From an uncultured Bacilli bacterium (lineage in GTDB: Bacteria; Bacillota_I; Bacilli_A; RF39; UBA660), in assembly GCA_944363785.1 (NCBI GenBank), contig CALVVF010000004.1:459-64458 (forward strand): 64,000 nucleotides of DNA. The letters are read 5' to 3'. The notes under the pieces are model-generated. The model worked only from the letters and a program-made list of their open reading frames with translations, searched no databases and was not told where the DNA came from. This document shows, piece after piece, positions 33,537 through 43,414 of this stretch. Numbering within the stretch: the stretch's first letter is position 1; every line of letters starts with the position of its first letter. A program made the position numbers and the translations under genes.

Positions 33537-33989
33537 TTAACTTTTTTCTATTTTTCTAGAATCTAATAAACACTGTAATCTGCTCGCTCTTAAAATTTGA
33601 TTTTCTATTGAAAGTTTAGATATTGGAATCAATAAATCTTTTCCATTTTTAAAGATAACTCTCGTTCCCTTAGAATCTGATAATACTCTCTCTATAGAAT
33701 GTAAAGAAAGCCAAATACAATCATCAGAACTAGGTGAAGTAGTAGGAAAAAATATTATTCCCATCGACTCTTCTACAATAATAGGTAATTTATAGTTAAA
33801 TCCCAACATTTTCTTACTTCCTTCTGTCCTTCCCTGATAACTACTTCCAAAATAACAACAACTGTAATCCATCACTTCATAGGCATTTTCTTCCAAAATA
33901 CTATCTGTTTGATATTCCATAATTTTGGTTTTATTACCTTTTAAACCAATTACTGCCATTGTTTCTGCATTAACTTCATACTTATCCAT
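33537..33989 (-). CDS. comK: ComK-family competence transcription factor-like protein
   Basis: YEVNAETMAVI..SCCYFGSSYQGRTEGSKKMLGFNYKLPIIVEESMGIIFFPTTSPSSDDCIWLSLHSI aligns with B. subtilis ComK YEVNGATIAVL..SCRFFGSSYAGRKAGTYEVTKISHKPPIMVDPSNQIFLFPTLSSTRPQCGWISHVHV. Confidence 0.75.
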   Translation of the reverse strand: MDKYEVNAETMAVIGLKGNKTKIMEYQTDSILEENAYEVMDYSCCYFGSSYQGRTEGSKKMLGFNYKLPIIVEESMGIIFFPTTSPSSDDCIWLSLHSIERVLSDSKGTRVIFKNGKDLLIPISKLSIENQILRASRLQCLLDSRKIEKS

Positions 33990-34102
33990 AATAATTTCCC
34001 CCTATATATTTACCCATCTGTTGATGAATGCCCACTATTTTAACAGACAAAAAGAACGAAAAAAGTCGAAAAAAAAGAAAATAGCATAAAAACTAATTTC
34101 TT

Positions 34103-35224
34103 TTAATAAGTACGAATTGGTAATACTAATTGTACTAATCCTTCATCTTTTACTGATTTTAAAATAATTGGTTTAATCTCTCCAACAAAAGAGATTTCCA
34201 CTTCATCATCTTCAAAAGATTTTAATGCATCCATCATATATTTCGCTACAAATGAAATTTTTAAATTTTCCTCGTTATTTTTCTCAATATTCATTTTTTC
34301 CTCTACTCTACCAATTTCAGCACTACTACTTTTTACATAAAGTTTATTTCCATCGATTTCAAAGGTAACGATGTTCTTTTCTTTATCAGAAGTTAAAATA
34401 CTAGCTCTATCTATTACATTATATAACTCATTAATATTTGTTTTAATAGATAATAAGAATTCATCTGGTAATAAATTAGCTGTATTTGGATAAGTACCAC
34501 TAATTAAACGTGATTGAAATAATAAATTTTGATATTGAATTAATACTTTATTACTAAAAACATGTAATTCAATATTATCTTCACTATCATTCATAATTTT
34601 GATGAATTCTAATAAATTCTTACTAGGAATAACAATATTATAATTATCTTCAATGACATCGTTTAGAGGAATCATCTTTCTAGCTAAACGATAAGAGTCA
34701 GTAGAATTACATTCTAATAAATTACCTACAATTTTGAAGTTAATTCCCGTTAAAATAGGTCTAGATTCATCATTACTAGAAGCAAATGAAGTTTGACTAA
34801 TAATACTAGCAAATACTTTAGAAGAAATAAGAATTGGATTTTTACTTCTTTCTAAATTAATATTAGGATATTCATTTTTATTAATTCCATTTAAGTTAAA
34901 TTCACTATTTTCAGTATAGATAATAATTTTTAATTCATCCACTACTTCAATATTAATATATTGATCAGGTAATTTTCTTACAATATCTAAGATATATTTT
35001 CCTTGAATAATAATACTACCTACACTATCAATAATCATATCATCGTTTTTCTCTAAAAAAACTTGAATCGTAATATCATTATCACTAGCCGTTAGTGTTA
35101 ATCCCTTTTCTTCTAAATCAAATTTTATTCCTGCTAAAACAGGAACTAAATTTTTAGTAGATATCGCTTTAGAAACTTTACTTAATCCATCTAACAATAA
35201 TTCTTTTTTAATTTTTAATTTCAT
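34103..35224 (-). CDS. dnaN: DNA polymerase III subunit beta (sliding clamp)
   Basis: 373 aa, MKLKIKKELLL...LVPVLAGIKF N-terminus, directly downstream of dnaA. Confidence 0.95.
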   Translation of the reverse strand: MKLKIKKELLLDGLSKVSKAISTKNLVPVLAGIKFDLEEKGLTLTASDNDITIQVFLEKNDDMIIDSVGSIIIQGKYILDIVRKLPDQYINIEVVDELKIIIYTENSEFNLNGINKNEYPNINLERSKNPILISSKVFASIISQTSFASSNDESRPILTGINFKIVGNLLECNSTDSYRLARKMIPLNDVIEDNYNIVIPSKNLLEFIKIMNDSEDNIELHVFSNKVLIQYQNLLFQSRLISGTYPNTANLLPDEFLLSIKTNINELYNVIDRASILTSDKEKNIVTFEIDGNKLYVKSSSAEIGRVEEKMNIEKNNEENLKISFVAKYMMDALKSFEDDEVEISFVGEIKPIILKSVKDEGLVQLVLPIRTY

Positions 35225-35244
35225 ATTTATTCCTTCTTTCTTAT

Positions 35245-35345
35245 ATAATTATAATTATTATTATTATTACTGTGGAAACTGTGGATAACTTGTTTTTTCC
35301 TATATTATAACACGTTTTTTTTGTTTTTCCACTTGTGGATAACAT
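35245..35345. promoter_or_regulatory. oriC part 2 (dnaA-dnaN spacer): DnaA boxes plus an AT-rich trinucleotide tract
   Basis: Perfect boxes TGTGGATAA at 35280-35288 and 35334-35342, and TGTGGAAAC at 35271-35279. A (TTA)5 tract at 35255-35269 abuts the tandem boxes. Confidence 0.75.
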
Positions 35346-35372
35346 TGTTAATAAAAACAAGTTTTCAACAGG

Positions 35373-36749
35373 TTATACAATTTCTTTCTTCAATTTTTCG
35401 ATAATATTCGCAAGTTCTCGATTAGTTAGCATCTCCTTTTCCACTTTTTCTACAGAATGCATAACTGTAGAATGATCTTTTCCACCAAACTCTATTCCTA
35501 TTTTAGGAAAAGACTCATTGGTAAGTTTTCGGCAAAGGTACATCGCAACTTGCCTTGGAAAAGCTAGATTTGCACTTCGTTTTTTACTTTTCATGTCATC
35601 AACAGATATTTGAAAGTGTTCAGCTACTATTCGTTGAATTCTATTGATATTATTCTTTTCACTATATCCTTTATTTACATAATCTTTCAATACTTCTATC
35701 GCTAAATCAAGAGTAATATCAGCACCTCCCATGATAGTGGAATAAGCTAATAATCTAGTAATTGATCCTTCCAAATGTCTAACATCACTACCTACATTCG
35801 AAGCGATATAGTCGATTACATCATCAGGAATATTTTTATCGATCGAATCTCCAATGATTTTCTTCTTGATAATAGCTACTCTAAGTTCAAAATCTGGTGG
35901 ATAAATATCTGCTGTTAGTCCCCAACAAAATCTAGTTCTCAGTCTATCTTCTAACAGTTTTAAATCGTCTGGAGATCGGTCAGAAGATATAATAATCTGC
36001 TTGTTTTCATTATATAATGTCGTAAAAGTATGGAAAAATTCATTTTGGGTTTGTGTTGCTCCTTGGAAAAATTGAATATCATCGATTATTAATACATCAA
36101 TATTTCTATATTTGTCTTTAAAATAGCTAACATAGTCAAAATTTTGTCCAAATTCATCCTTTTTATTAATTCCTAAGAAATCATTAATAAACTGATCACT
36201 AGGTACATATAAGACTTTCTTGTTAGAATGCTGTTCAATATAATTGCCAATGGCATGCATCAAATGTGTTTTTCCCAACCCGCTATTTCCATAAATAAAT
36301 AAAGGATTATAAATATTTCCTGGATTTTCTGCAACATCCATCGCAGCAGCTTGAGCAAATTTATTACTATTTCCTACAATGAAATTTTCAAATGTATAAT
36401 TAGGATTTAAATTGGATTGATGTCGCCTCTCTATTTTATTTTCATTAATTCCCCTACTTTCTTCAAATGTAGGATTCACCGTTGAAGGCGCATCTTCCTC
36501 CAACTCTTCTTTCAAATAAAATTGAATATCAACATTATCCCCTATGATTTCACTCAATGTATTGACAATCAAATCATAATATTTTGTGGCTAAATGTCTT
36601 TTAAACATCCCCATGGGAACAATAATTTTAGCAACCCCATCTTTATATTCATACAATTCAGTATCTTTAAACCAAGTATTATAAGAAAGAGGGGTCATTT
36701 CATTTTGAATACTATTTAAAAAATTAGCCCAAATCATTTTGACATTCAT
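35373..36749 (-). CDS. dnaA: chromosomal replication initiator DnaA
   Basis: 458 aa with GNSGLGKTHL Walker A, the IDDIQF box and a C-terminal DNA-binding domain (KDHSTVMH). Confidence 0.97.
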   Translation of the reverse strand: MNVKMIWANFLNSIQNEMTPLSYNTWFKDTELYEYKDGVAKIIVPMGMFKRHLATKYYDLIVNTLSEIIGDNVDIQFYLKEELEEDAPSTVNPTFEESRGINENKIERRHQSNLNPNYTFENFIVGNSNKFAQAAAMDVAENPGNIYNPLFIYGNSGLGKTHLMHAIGNYIEQHSNKKVLYVPSDQFINDFLGINKKDEFGQNFDYVSYFKDKYRNIDVLIIDDIQFFQGATQTQNEFFHTFTTLYNENKQIIISSDRSPDDLKLLEDRLRTRFCWGLTADIYPPDFELRVAIIKKKIIGDSIDKNIPDDVIDYIASNVGSDVRHLEGSITRLLAYSTIMGGADITLDLAIEVLKDYVNKGYSEKNNINRIQRIVAEHFQISVDDMKSKKRSANLAFPRQVAMYLCRKLTNESFPKIGIEFGGKDHSTVMHSVEKVEKEMLTNRELANIIEKLKKEIV

Positions 36750-36794
36750 ACTACCCCTCCACTTCTAAACAAATTGCAAGAAATATTGTAACTT

Positions 36795-36990
36795 AAAACT
36801 GTGGAAAAATAAACTCCCAATTTTAAAAAATTTTAAATCCACAGCTAATCCACAAGTAATTCACAGGTTTTTCCACAACTTTTTGCTAGAAAATAAAAAA
36901 GAAACGGGAATTTATCCACAATTCATAAAAATATCGAATTCACATGGTGGAAAAAGTTATCAACACCATGTGGAAAGTGTGGAAAACTAT
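36795..36990. promoter_or_regulatory. oriC part 1: DnaA-box cluster upstream of dnaA
   Basis: Perfect TTATCCACA at 36912-36920. At least 9 more boxes with 1-2 mismatches: TGTGGAAAA 36800 and 36978, TAATCCACA 36846, TTTTCCACA ~36869, TTATCAACA 36957, AAATCCACA 36834, TAATTCACA 36857, GAATTCACA 36936, TGTGGAAAG 36970. Confidence 0.85.
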
Positions 36991-37041
36991 ATAATTTCTC
37001 TTTTCTAGAAAAAAAGCCAATAAAAATTGTAACTAATTCGG

Positions 37042-37070
37042 TTGACAAAGTTTGCTAATTTTATTATACT
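37042..37070 (+). promoter_or_regulatory. sigmaA-type promoter of rpmH
   Basis: TTGACA-17 nt-TATACT, about 30 nt upstream of the rpmH start. Confidence 0.6.
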
Positions 37071-37101
37071 AATGTAGATTTTTATGTCTGGAGGTGGAAA
37101 T

Positions 37102-37224
37102 ATGAAAAGAACTTATCAACCAAACAATAGAAAAATGAAAAAGAAACATGGATTTTTTGCTCGTGTAAAATCTAAAGTTTTGAATAGTCGTAGAGCGAAA
37201 GGTCGTAAAAGATTATCAAAATAA
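37102..37224 (+). CDS. rpmH: 50S ribosomal protein L34 (40 aa)
   Basis: Not in the track because it is too short. My own translation is [51 protein letters not shown], classic position next to rnpA. Confidence 0.9.
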   Translation: MKRTYQPNNRKMKKKHGFFARVKSKVLNSRRAKGRKRLSK

Positions 37225-37228
37225 AATG

Positions 37229-37250
37229 CCACTGAATACAGTGGTTTTTT
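37229..37250 (+). terminator. intrinsic terminator/attenuator after rpmH
   Basis: CCACTG-AATA-CAGTGG followed by TTTTTT. Confidence 0.7.
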
Positions 37251-37279
37251 GTATTATATAAATGATTGTAGGGTTAGAA

Positions 37280-37618
37280 ATGAAAAAATACGAAATTGTA
37301 AAAGAAAATAGAGATTTTCAGAAAATAATTAAAGAAGGTACATGTATTAAAAGTAAGTATATTATTGCTTATTACTTAGAAAATGATTTAAACTATAATC
37401 GTTTTGGAATCTCTGTTGGAAAAAAAATCGGAAATGCCGTAATTAGGAATAAATGGAAGAGAAGATTACGGAGTATAATTGATAAAGATAAAAAACTATA
37501 CCAAAATTATCGAGATTATATTATAATATTAAGAAAGAACTGTCAAAATCTAACTTTTAAAGATTTGGAAGATAGTTTTTTGTATTTAAAAGAGAAAATA
37601 AATAAAAATCCAATATAA
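37280..37618 (+). CDS. rnpA: ribonuclease P protein component
   Basis: Basic ~112-aa protein with the RFGISVGKKIGNAVIRNKWKRRLR motif. The ATG at MKKYEIV is preferred. Confidence 0.9.
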   Translation: MKKYEIVKENRDFQKIIKEGTCIKSKYIIAYYLENDLNYNRFGISVGKKIGNAVIRNKWKRRLRSIIDKDKKLYQNYRDYIIILRKNCQNLTFKDLEDSFLYLKEKINKNPI

Positions 37619-37627
37619 GGAGAGTTT

Positions 37628-38554
37628 ATGAAGCAAAAGAATAAAAATAAATTGTTAATACTTATCGCAGTAGTACTACTGTTTACAGGATGTACAACTA
37701 CGTTAAAAACTGAAGATAAAAAAGTAGTAAAAAATCCTGAAACAGGGCAAAGCTTAACTGCTAATATATTGTGTAAGCCAACCAATGAAGAAACCATCAA
37801 AGCATACGAAGAAAATGGTGTTGATCTAGCGGCTTTACCTAAGTGTAGTGAATTTACTGTGACGAGTGGGGGATATGAAGGTTTATGGACTTCATTGTTT
37901 GTTAAACCACTAGCATTTATCATATTATTTATTATGAAATTTGTGAAAAGTGCAGGTCTTTCATTGATTTTAACTAGTCTTGCCTTAAGATTAATTTTAT
38001 ATCCAGTTACGAAAAAAACAGCTATGCAATCAGAGTTAATTAAAAAGGCAAAGCCAGATCTTGATCGCTTAGAGAAAAAATATAAAGATAAAAATGATCA
38101 AGACTCGTTGATGAGAAAAAGTCAAGAAATGACTATGATTTATAAAAAGTATAATATTAATCCTATTTCAGGATGTTTATATTCATTTATTCAACTTCCA
38201 TTATTTATAGCATTCTTAGAAGCAATAAATCGAGTTCCAGCATTATTTGAAGAAACCTTTTTGTCTTTACAATTAGGAACTACACCATCAATTGGTATAT
38301 TCAGTAATGGAAATTTAATCTATATATTACTAATAGTAATTGTTGGTATTACTACATACTTTTCTTTTAATCTAAATAAAACAACAGCACAAACACAAGA
38401 TGATCCAATGAAAAACATGACCAATATTATGACAGGTATGATCGTTGTTATGTCATTCTTCATGCCAGCTGCTTTATGTATATACTGGATAACGACTAAT
38501 ACCTTTACAATTGTTCAAAATTTAATCGTAAAAAGGAGTAAGGAAGTATGTTAG
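37628..38554 (+). CDS. yidC: membrane protein insertase YidC/SpoIIIJ (lipoprotein type)
   Basis: LLFTGC lipobox and the YidC/Oxa1 core (LYPVTKK...MQ..QPEL-like). Synteny supports the call. Confidence 0.9.
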   Translation: MKQKNKNKLLILIAVVLLFTGCTTTLKTEDKKVVKNPETGQSLTANILCKPTNEETIKAYEENGVDLAALPKCSEFTVTSGGYEGLWTSLFVKPLAFIILFIMKFVKSAGLSLILTSLALRLILYPVTKKTAMQSELIKKAKPDLDRLEKKYKDKNDQDSLMRKSQEMTMIYKKYNINPISGCLYSFIQLPLFIAFLEAINRVPALFEETFLSLQLGTTPSIGIFSNGNLIYILLIVIVGITTYFSFNLNKTTAQTQDDPMKNMTNIMTGMIVVMSFFMPAALCIYWITTNTFTIVQNLIVKRSKEVC

Positions 38555-39168
38555 ATATGATCGTAAAAAGTAAATATACTGGTAAAACTAAAGAGGAAGC
38601 TATAAATCAAGCCAAAATAGCGCTTCAAGAAACAGAAGATAATCTCTATATTAAGGAAATAGAAGCAAAGAGTAGTCTTTTTGGGAAGAAAGTAGAAATA
38701 GAAGTAATTACAAGGGATGATTTAATCATATTTGTAAAAAATTTCCTAAAAGATTTAATTAATAATATGGGATTAACTGCAAATATTGAAGTAAAAAAAC
38801 GGGATGACACAGCATTGTTTACGATTTACTCAGATCATAACTCAATCTTAATAGGAAAAAATGGTAAAACATTAGATGCGTTAACGCTAATAACGAAACA
38901 GGTATTACAAAATTTAATTTCTCGTTCATTTTATTTTACTATTGATATTGGAGAATATAAACAACAACAAGAAAATCGCTTGTTACGTTTAGCTAAAAAA
39001 ATTGCTCGTGAGGTTGCATCGAGTAAGATTGAAGCTAAATTAGATCCGATGAATTCCTATGAACGTCGAATTATCCATACTGCTTTAGCAGAAGATAAAC
39101 GCGTTAGAACGGAAAGTGAAGGGGAAGAACCAAATCGTTATGTAGTAATCAAACCTCGCGAAGAATAA
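38548..39168 (+). CDS. jag: Jag/KhpB RNA-binding protein (KH plus R3H domains)
   Basis: C-terminal LDPMNSYERRIIH R3H motif. Synteny after yidC. Confidence 0.85.
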   Translation: MLDMIVKSKYTGKTKEEAINQAKIALQETEDNLYIKEIEAKSSLFGKKVEIEVITRDDLIIFVKNFLKDLINNMGLTANIEVKKRDDTALFTIYSDHNSILIGKNGKTLDALTLITKQVLQNLISRSFYFTIDIGEYKQQQENRLLRLAKKIAREVASSKIEAKLDPMNSYERRIIHTALAEDKRVRTESEGEEPNRYVVIKPREE

Positions 39169-39172
39169 TACA

Positions 39173-39197
39173 AAACTAGTTTCCACTAGTTTTTTTA
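39173..39197 (+). terminator. intrinsic terminator after jag
   Basis: AAACTAGT-TTCC-ACTAGTTT followed by a T-run. Confidence 0.7.
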
Positions 39198-39260
39198 TTA
39201 TATGAATTCATACTAAAAAATGTATTATCTAATCAAAAAAAAGAATTAGAACTACAAAAT

Positions 39261-39276
39261 TATTTCCCGGGAAATA
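39261..39276. promoter_or_regulatory. Noc-binding site (NBS), isolated copy, in the jag-mnmE gap
   Basis: TATTTCCCGGGAAATA within AATTATTTCCCGGGAAATAATT. Confidence 0.7.
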
Positions 39277-39377
39277 ATTTGAAGGCAAAATTCAAAGAAA
39301 AATTCGCTATTATTCAAAAAAGTGATATAATATAGTCGCTTTTTCAACACGAAATAAAAAAAGAAAGGAATATTGTT

Positions 39378-40733
39378 ATGAATGATACAATTGCTGCCAT
39401 CTCTACTGCTTTAGGAGTAGGGGCAATATCGATTATAAGAGTAAGCGGAGATTCTGCTGTTTCCATAGTAAATAAAATTTTTAAGGGCAAAAACTTAGAA
39501 GAGGTACCTAGTCATACGATTCATTATGGTCAAATTGTTGATCATGATACACCAATTGATGAAGTTTTAGTAACAGTAATGAGATCACCAAAAACTTTTA
39601 CTCGAGAAGATATTGTAGAAATTAATTGCCATGGAGGAATAGCTCCAACCAATAAAGTACTAGAGTTAGTACTAAAAAATGGAGCTCGATTGGCAGAAGC
39701 AGGAGAATTTACAAAAAGAGCTTTTTTAAATGGAAGAATTGATCTTACTCAAGCAGAATCGATCATGGATTTAATCTCTTCAAAGACAGAAAGTAATCGT
39801 AAAGTAGCTATGAAAGGATTGACTGGTCATGTGAGTAATATGATTAGATCCTTAAGACAAAAGATATTAGAGTTACTAGCTTCAATTGAAGTAAATATTG
39901 ATTATCCAGAATATGAAGATGCTGTTGTGATGACAACAGAGAAAGTAGCTCCAGAAATAAAAAAGATATTAAATGAACTTAATCATATTATTCAAGAATC
40001 AGAAAATGGGAAAATATTAACTAGTGGAATTAAAACGGTAATTGTAGGGAAACCTAATGTCGGAAAAAGTAGTATTCTAAACCGTTTGTTAGACGAAGAT
40101 AAAGCAATTGTTACATCAATTGAAGGAACAACGAGAGATATAATTGAAGGAAATATTACGATAAATGGAGTAGCTTTAAATCTAATTGATACTGCAGGAA
40201 TTCATGAAACAGAAGATATTATTGAAAAAATAGGGGTGGATAAAAGCCTACAATTAATTCCAGAAGCCGATCTAGTAATTTTAGTACTTAATCAAAATGA
40301 AAAATTAAGTGATGAAGATCGTCGAATTTTCTCTGTTTGCGACAATAAAAAAACAATTATTGTATTAAATAAAAGCGATCTTGAAAAAAGAATAGAGGAA
40401 GATCAGCTTCCGTATTCCAATATTATTTATACAAATACTGTAGAAGATACGGGAATAGAACCATTAAAGAATAAAATTTGTGAATTATTTCATTTAGAAC
40501 AATTAGATCAACAAGATTTTTCTTATTTAAATAATATTAGACAAATCTCTTTGGCCAAAGAAGCCTATTCAATTTTAGAAGAAGTAATGGATGGTATTCA
40601 ACAAGAGATACCAATTGACATGATTGAAATTGACATCAAACGAGCATGGGAAAAACTAGGGGAAATTTTAGGAGAAAGTTATAGTGAAGAATTGATTGAT
40701 CAGCTATTTAGTCAATTCTGTCTTGGAAAATAA
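39378..40733 (+). CDS. mnmE: tRNA modification GTPase MnmE
   Basis: 451 aa with the GKPNVGKSS and DTAG G-motifs and the C-terminal FCLGK. Confidence 0.95.
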   Translation: MNDTIAAISTALGVGAISIIRVSGDSAVSIVNKIFKGKNLEEVPSHTIHYGQIVDHDTPIDEVLVTVMRSPKTFTREDIVEINCHGGIAPTNKVLELVLKNGARLAEAGEFTKRAFLNGRIDLTQAESIMDLISSKTESNRKVAMKGLTGHVSNMIRSLRQKILELLASIEVNIDYPEYEDAVVMTTEKVAPEIKKILNELNHIIQESENGKILTSGIKTVIVGKPNVGKSSILNRLLDEDKAIVTSIEGTTRDIIEGNITINGVALNLIDTAGIHETEDIIEKIGVDKSLQLIPEADLVILVLNQNEKLSDEDRRIFSVCDNKKTIIVLNKSDLEKRIEEDQLPYSNIIYTNTVEDTGIEPLKNKICELFHLEQLDQQDFSYLNNIRQISLAKEAYSILEEVMDGIQQEIPIDMIEIDIKRAWEKLGEILGESYSEELIDQLFSQFCLGK

Positions 40734-40793
40734 AGAAGAATGATACAAAAAAGTGTATTAGTAAAACAAAAATACAAACATAATAACAAAAAT

Positions 40794-40809
40794 TATTTCC
40801 CGGGAAATA
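40794..40809. promoter_or_regulatory. Noc-binding site (NBS), isolated copy, in the mnmE-mnmG gap
   Basis: TATTTCCCGGGAAATA within AATTATTTCCCGGGAAATAATT. Confidence 0.7.
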
Positions 40810-40862
40810 ATTTTCTTCTGTCAAAAAGCAAACTATAGTATAATATTAAACGATAAAAAGGA

Positions 40863-42731
40863 GTGATGAAGGTGAAGTACGAGATCATCGTTGTTGGTGG
40901 CGGTCATGCGGGTTGTGAAGCAGCTTTAGCTTGTGCACGATTAGGCCATGAAACATTATTAATCACTGGAAATAAAAAAAATATAGCAGATATGCCTTGT
41001 AATCCTTCAATAGGAGGTCCTGCAAAAGGGATTATTGTTAGAGAAATTGATGCCTTAGGTGGAGAAATGGCGAATACAATTGATCATTCCTGCCTTCAAG
41101 TAAAAATGTTAAATACCAAAAAAGGACCAGCTGTAAGAGCCTTAAGAGCCCAAGCAGATAAAATAACTTACCCTAAAGTAATGTTAGATACTTTGGAAAA
41201 TCAAGATAAGTTAACAATATTAGAAGCTATGGTAGAAGATTTACTTGTTGAAGAGGAAAAAATAAATGGTGTAATTCTTTCAAATGGTGAAAAGATTGCA
41301 TCTCAAGCTGTTATTTTGACAACAGGAACTTATCTAAAAGCAACAATTTTAAGAGGTTCATCAAAAACAGCAAGCGGACCTCATGGCGAAACACCATCTC
41401 AACATCTAAGCGACAATCTAAAAAAATTAGGTTTTACGATACAACGATTAAAAACAGGAACCCCACCTAGGATTGCGAAAAGTACAATCGATTATTCCCA
41501 AGCTAGTCTAGAACCGGGCGATAACATTGCTTATACTTTTTCTTTTGATAATGAGCCATTATACCAAGTAGAAGAGCAAATTCCTTGTCATTTAATTTAT
41601 ACAACACCAGAAACTCATCAAATAATCTTAGATAACTTAGAAAAATCTAGTATGTATGGAGGATATGTTGAAGGAATTGGACCAAGATATTGCCCATCTA
41701 TCGAAGATAAAATTGTTCGTTTTAAAGATAAAGAACGTCATCAATTATTTTTAGAGCCAGAAAGTATTTATTACGATGATATTTACATCCAAGGTTTTTC
41801 AACAAGTATGCCTGAAGAGATTCAAGAAAAAATGGTACATAGTTTGCCAGGTATGGAACATGCAAAAATATTAAAGTATGCTTATGCTATAGAGTACGAT
41901 GCAATTGATCCACTTCAGTTAAAACAATCATTGGAAACAAAACTAATTGAAAACCTATATACAGCAGGACAGATTAATGGAACTAGTGGTTATGAAGAAG
42001 CAGCAGGACAAGGATTAATCGCTGGAATCAATGCTTCATTAAAACTAGAAGGAAAAGAACCACTTATCTTAAAAAGAAATGAAGCCTATATTGGTGTTCT
42101 TATCGACGATCTAGTCACGAAAGGAACAAAAGAACCATACCGAATGTTAACTTCTCGTGCCGAATATCGATTACTTTTACGCCATGATAATGCTGATTTA
42201 CGACTTCGTGATTATGGAAGAAAAGTAGGGTTAATCAATGATGAAAAATATCAAAAATTTAGTATCAAGAAAGAATGCATGCAAGAAGTAAAAAATATTC
42301 TTCAACAAATAAAATTAACGCCAACAGAAGAAGTCAATCGTGAGCTTATCGCTTTAAATTCAGCACCATTATCTGATGGAATAACTTTGTACGACTTGTT
42401 AAAAAGAACAGAGATCACTATTGAAAAAATCCAAAAATATCTTCCAAAATCCTATCCAAAAGAAGTAACAGAACAAGTAGAAATTCAAATCAAGTATGAG
42501 GGATATATCAAAAAGGCTAATAAGGAAGCAGAAAAAATGTTGGATCTAGAAAAATTAAAAATACCTGAAGATATCGATTACCACCAAGTCCATAATTTAG
42601 CAAGTGAAGCCTTACAAAAATTATCTACTGTGCGTCCATCAACCATTGCGCAAGCATCACGAATTAGTGGGGTAAATCCTGCTGATATTTCGATATTAAT
42701 GATCTATTTAAAAAAGGAACATAAATTATGA
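40863..42731 (+). CDS. mnmG: tRNA uridine 5-carboxymethylaminomethyl modification enzyme MnmG
   Basis: IVVGGGHAGCEAA FAD motif. The true start is probably ATG 40866 or GTG 40872, downstream of the AAGGAG RBS. Confidence 0.95.
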   Translation: MMKVKYEIIVVGGGHAGCEAALACARLGHETLLITGNKKNIADMPCNPSIGGPAKGIIVREIDALGGEMANTIDHSCLQVKMLNTKKGPAVRALRAQADKITYPKVMLDTLENQDKLTILEAMVEDLLVEEEKINGVILSNGEKIASQAVILTTGTYLKATILRGSSKTASGPHGETPSQHLSDNLKKLGFTIQRLKTGTPPRIAKSTIDYSQASLEPGDNIAYTFSFDNEPLYQVEEQIPCHLIYTTPETHQIILDNLEKSSMYGGYVEGIGPRYCPSIEDKIVRFKDKERHQLFLEPESIYYDDIYIQGFSTSMPEEIQEKMVHSLPGMEHAKILKYAYAIEYDAIDPLQLKQSLETKLIENLYTAGQINGTSGYEEAAGQGLIAGINASLKLEGKEPLILKRNEAYIGVLIDDLVTKGTKEPYRMLTSRAEYRLLLRHDNADLRLRDYGRKVGLINDEKYQKFSIKKECMQEVKNILQQIKLTPTEEVNRELIALNSAPLSDGITLYDLLKRTEITIEKIQKYLPKSYPKEVTEQVEIQIKYEGYIKKANKEAEKMLDLEKLKIPEDIDYHQVHNLASEALQKLSTVRPSTIAQASRISGVNPADISILMIYLKKEHKL

Positions 42732-43414
42732 ATATAGAAGTTTTTAAAGAAGAAGTAGAAAAGTTAGGAATTTCCTTAACTGATGACCAATTAAATCAAC
42801 TAACGTTATTTTATCAATTATTATTATCATGGAATGAAAAAATGAATCTAACTAGAATTACTAATCAAGAAGAAGTATATCTTAAACATTTCTATGATAG
42901 TTTAACTTTATATAAAGAAATCAAATTAGAAACAGTAGATACTTTATGTGATGTAGGAAGTGGAGCCGGTTTTCCTGGTATTGTTTTAAAAATTGCTTTT
43001 CCTAACCTCAATATCACACTGATTGATTCTCTACAGAAGAGAGTGAATTACCTCAATGAAGTCATAAAAGAATTAAAACTATCTAATATTAGAGCTATTC
43101 ACATGAGATGTGAAGATTATGCGCGAGTAAATAGAGAAAAATACGAAGTGGTAACTGCAAGAGCAGTGGCTAACTTGAAAGTGTTATCAGAATTATGTCT
43201 TCCTCTTGTTAAAGAAAATGGTTACTTCATCGCGATGAAAGGAAAAGCAACCGAAGAACTAGACGAAGCCAAAGCCATGATTGGTACTTTAGGTGGGAAA
43301 ATAGAGCATATTAATGAATTCAGCTTACCATTAGAAGAAAGTAGTCGTACATTGATAAAAATAAAAAAGGAGAAGAAAACCGACAAAATCTATCCTAGAA
43401 AGAAAATAAAATAG
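42728..43414 (+). CDS. rsmG: 16S rRNA (guanine527-N7)-methyltransferase RsmG
   Basis: DVGSGAGFPG SAM motif. Synteny after mnmG. Confidence 0.92.
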   Translation: MNIEVFKEEVEKLGISLTDDQLNQLTLFYQLLLSWNEKMNLTRITNQEEVYLKHFYDSLTLYKEIKLETVDTLCDVGSGAGFPGIVLKIAFPNLNITLIDSLQKRVNYLNEVIKELKLSNIRAIHMRCEDYARVNREKYEVVTARAVANLKVLSELCLPLVKENGYFIAMKGKATEELDEAKAMIGTLGGKIEHINEFSLPLEESSRTLIKIKKEKKTDKIYPRKKIK

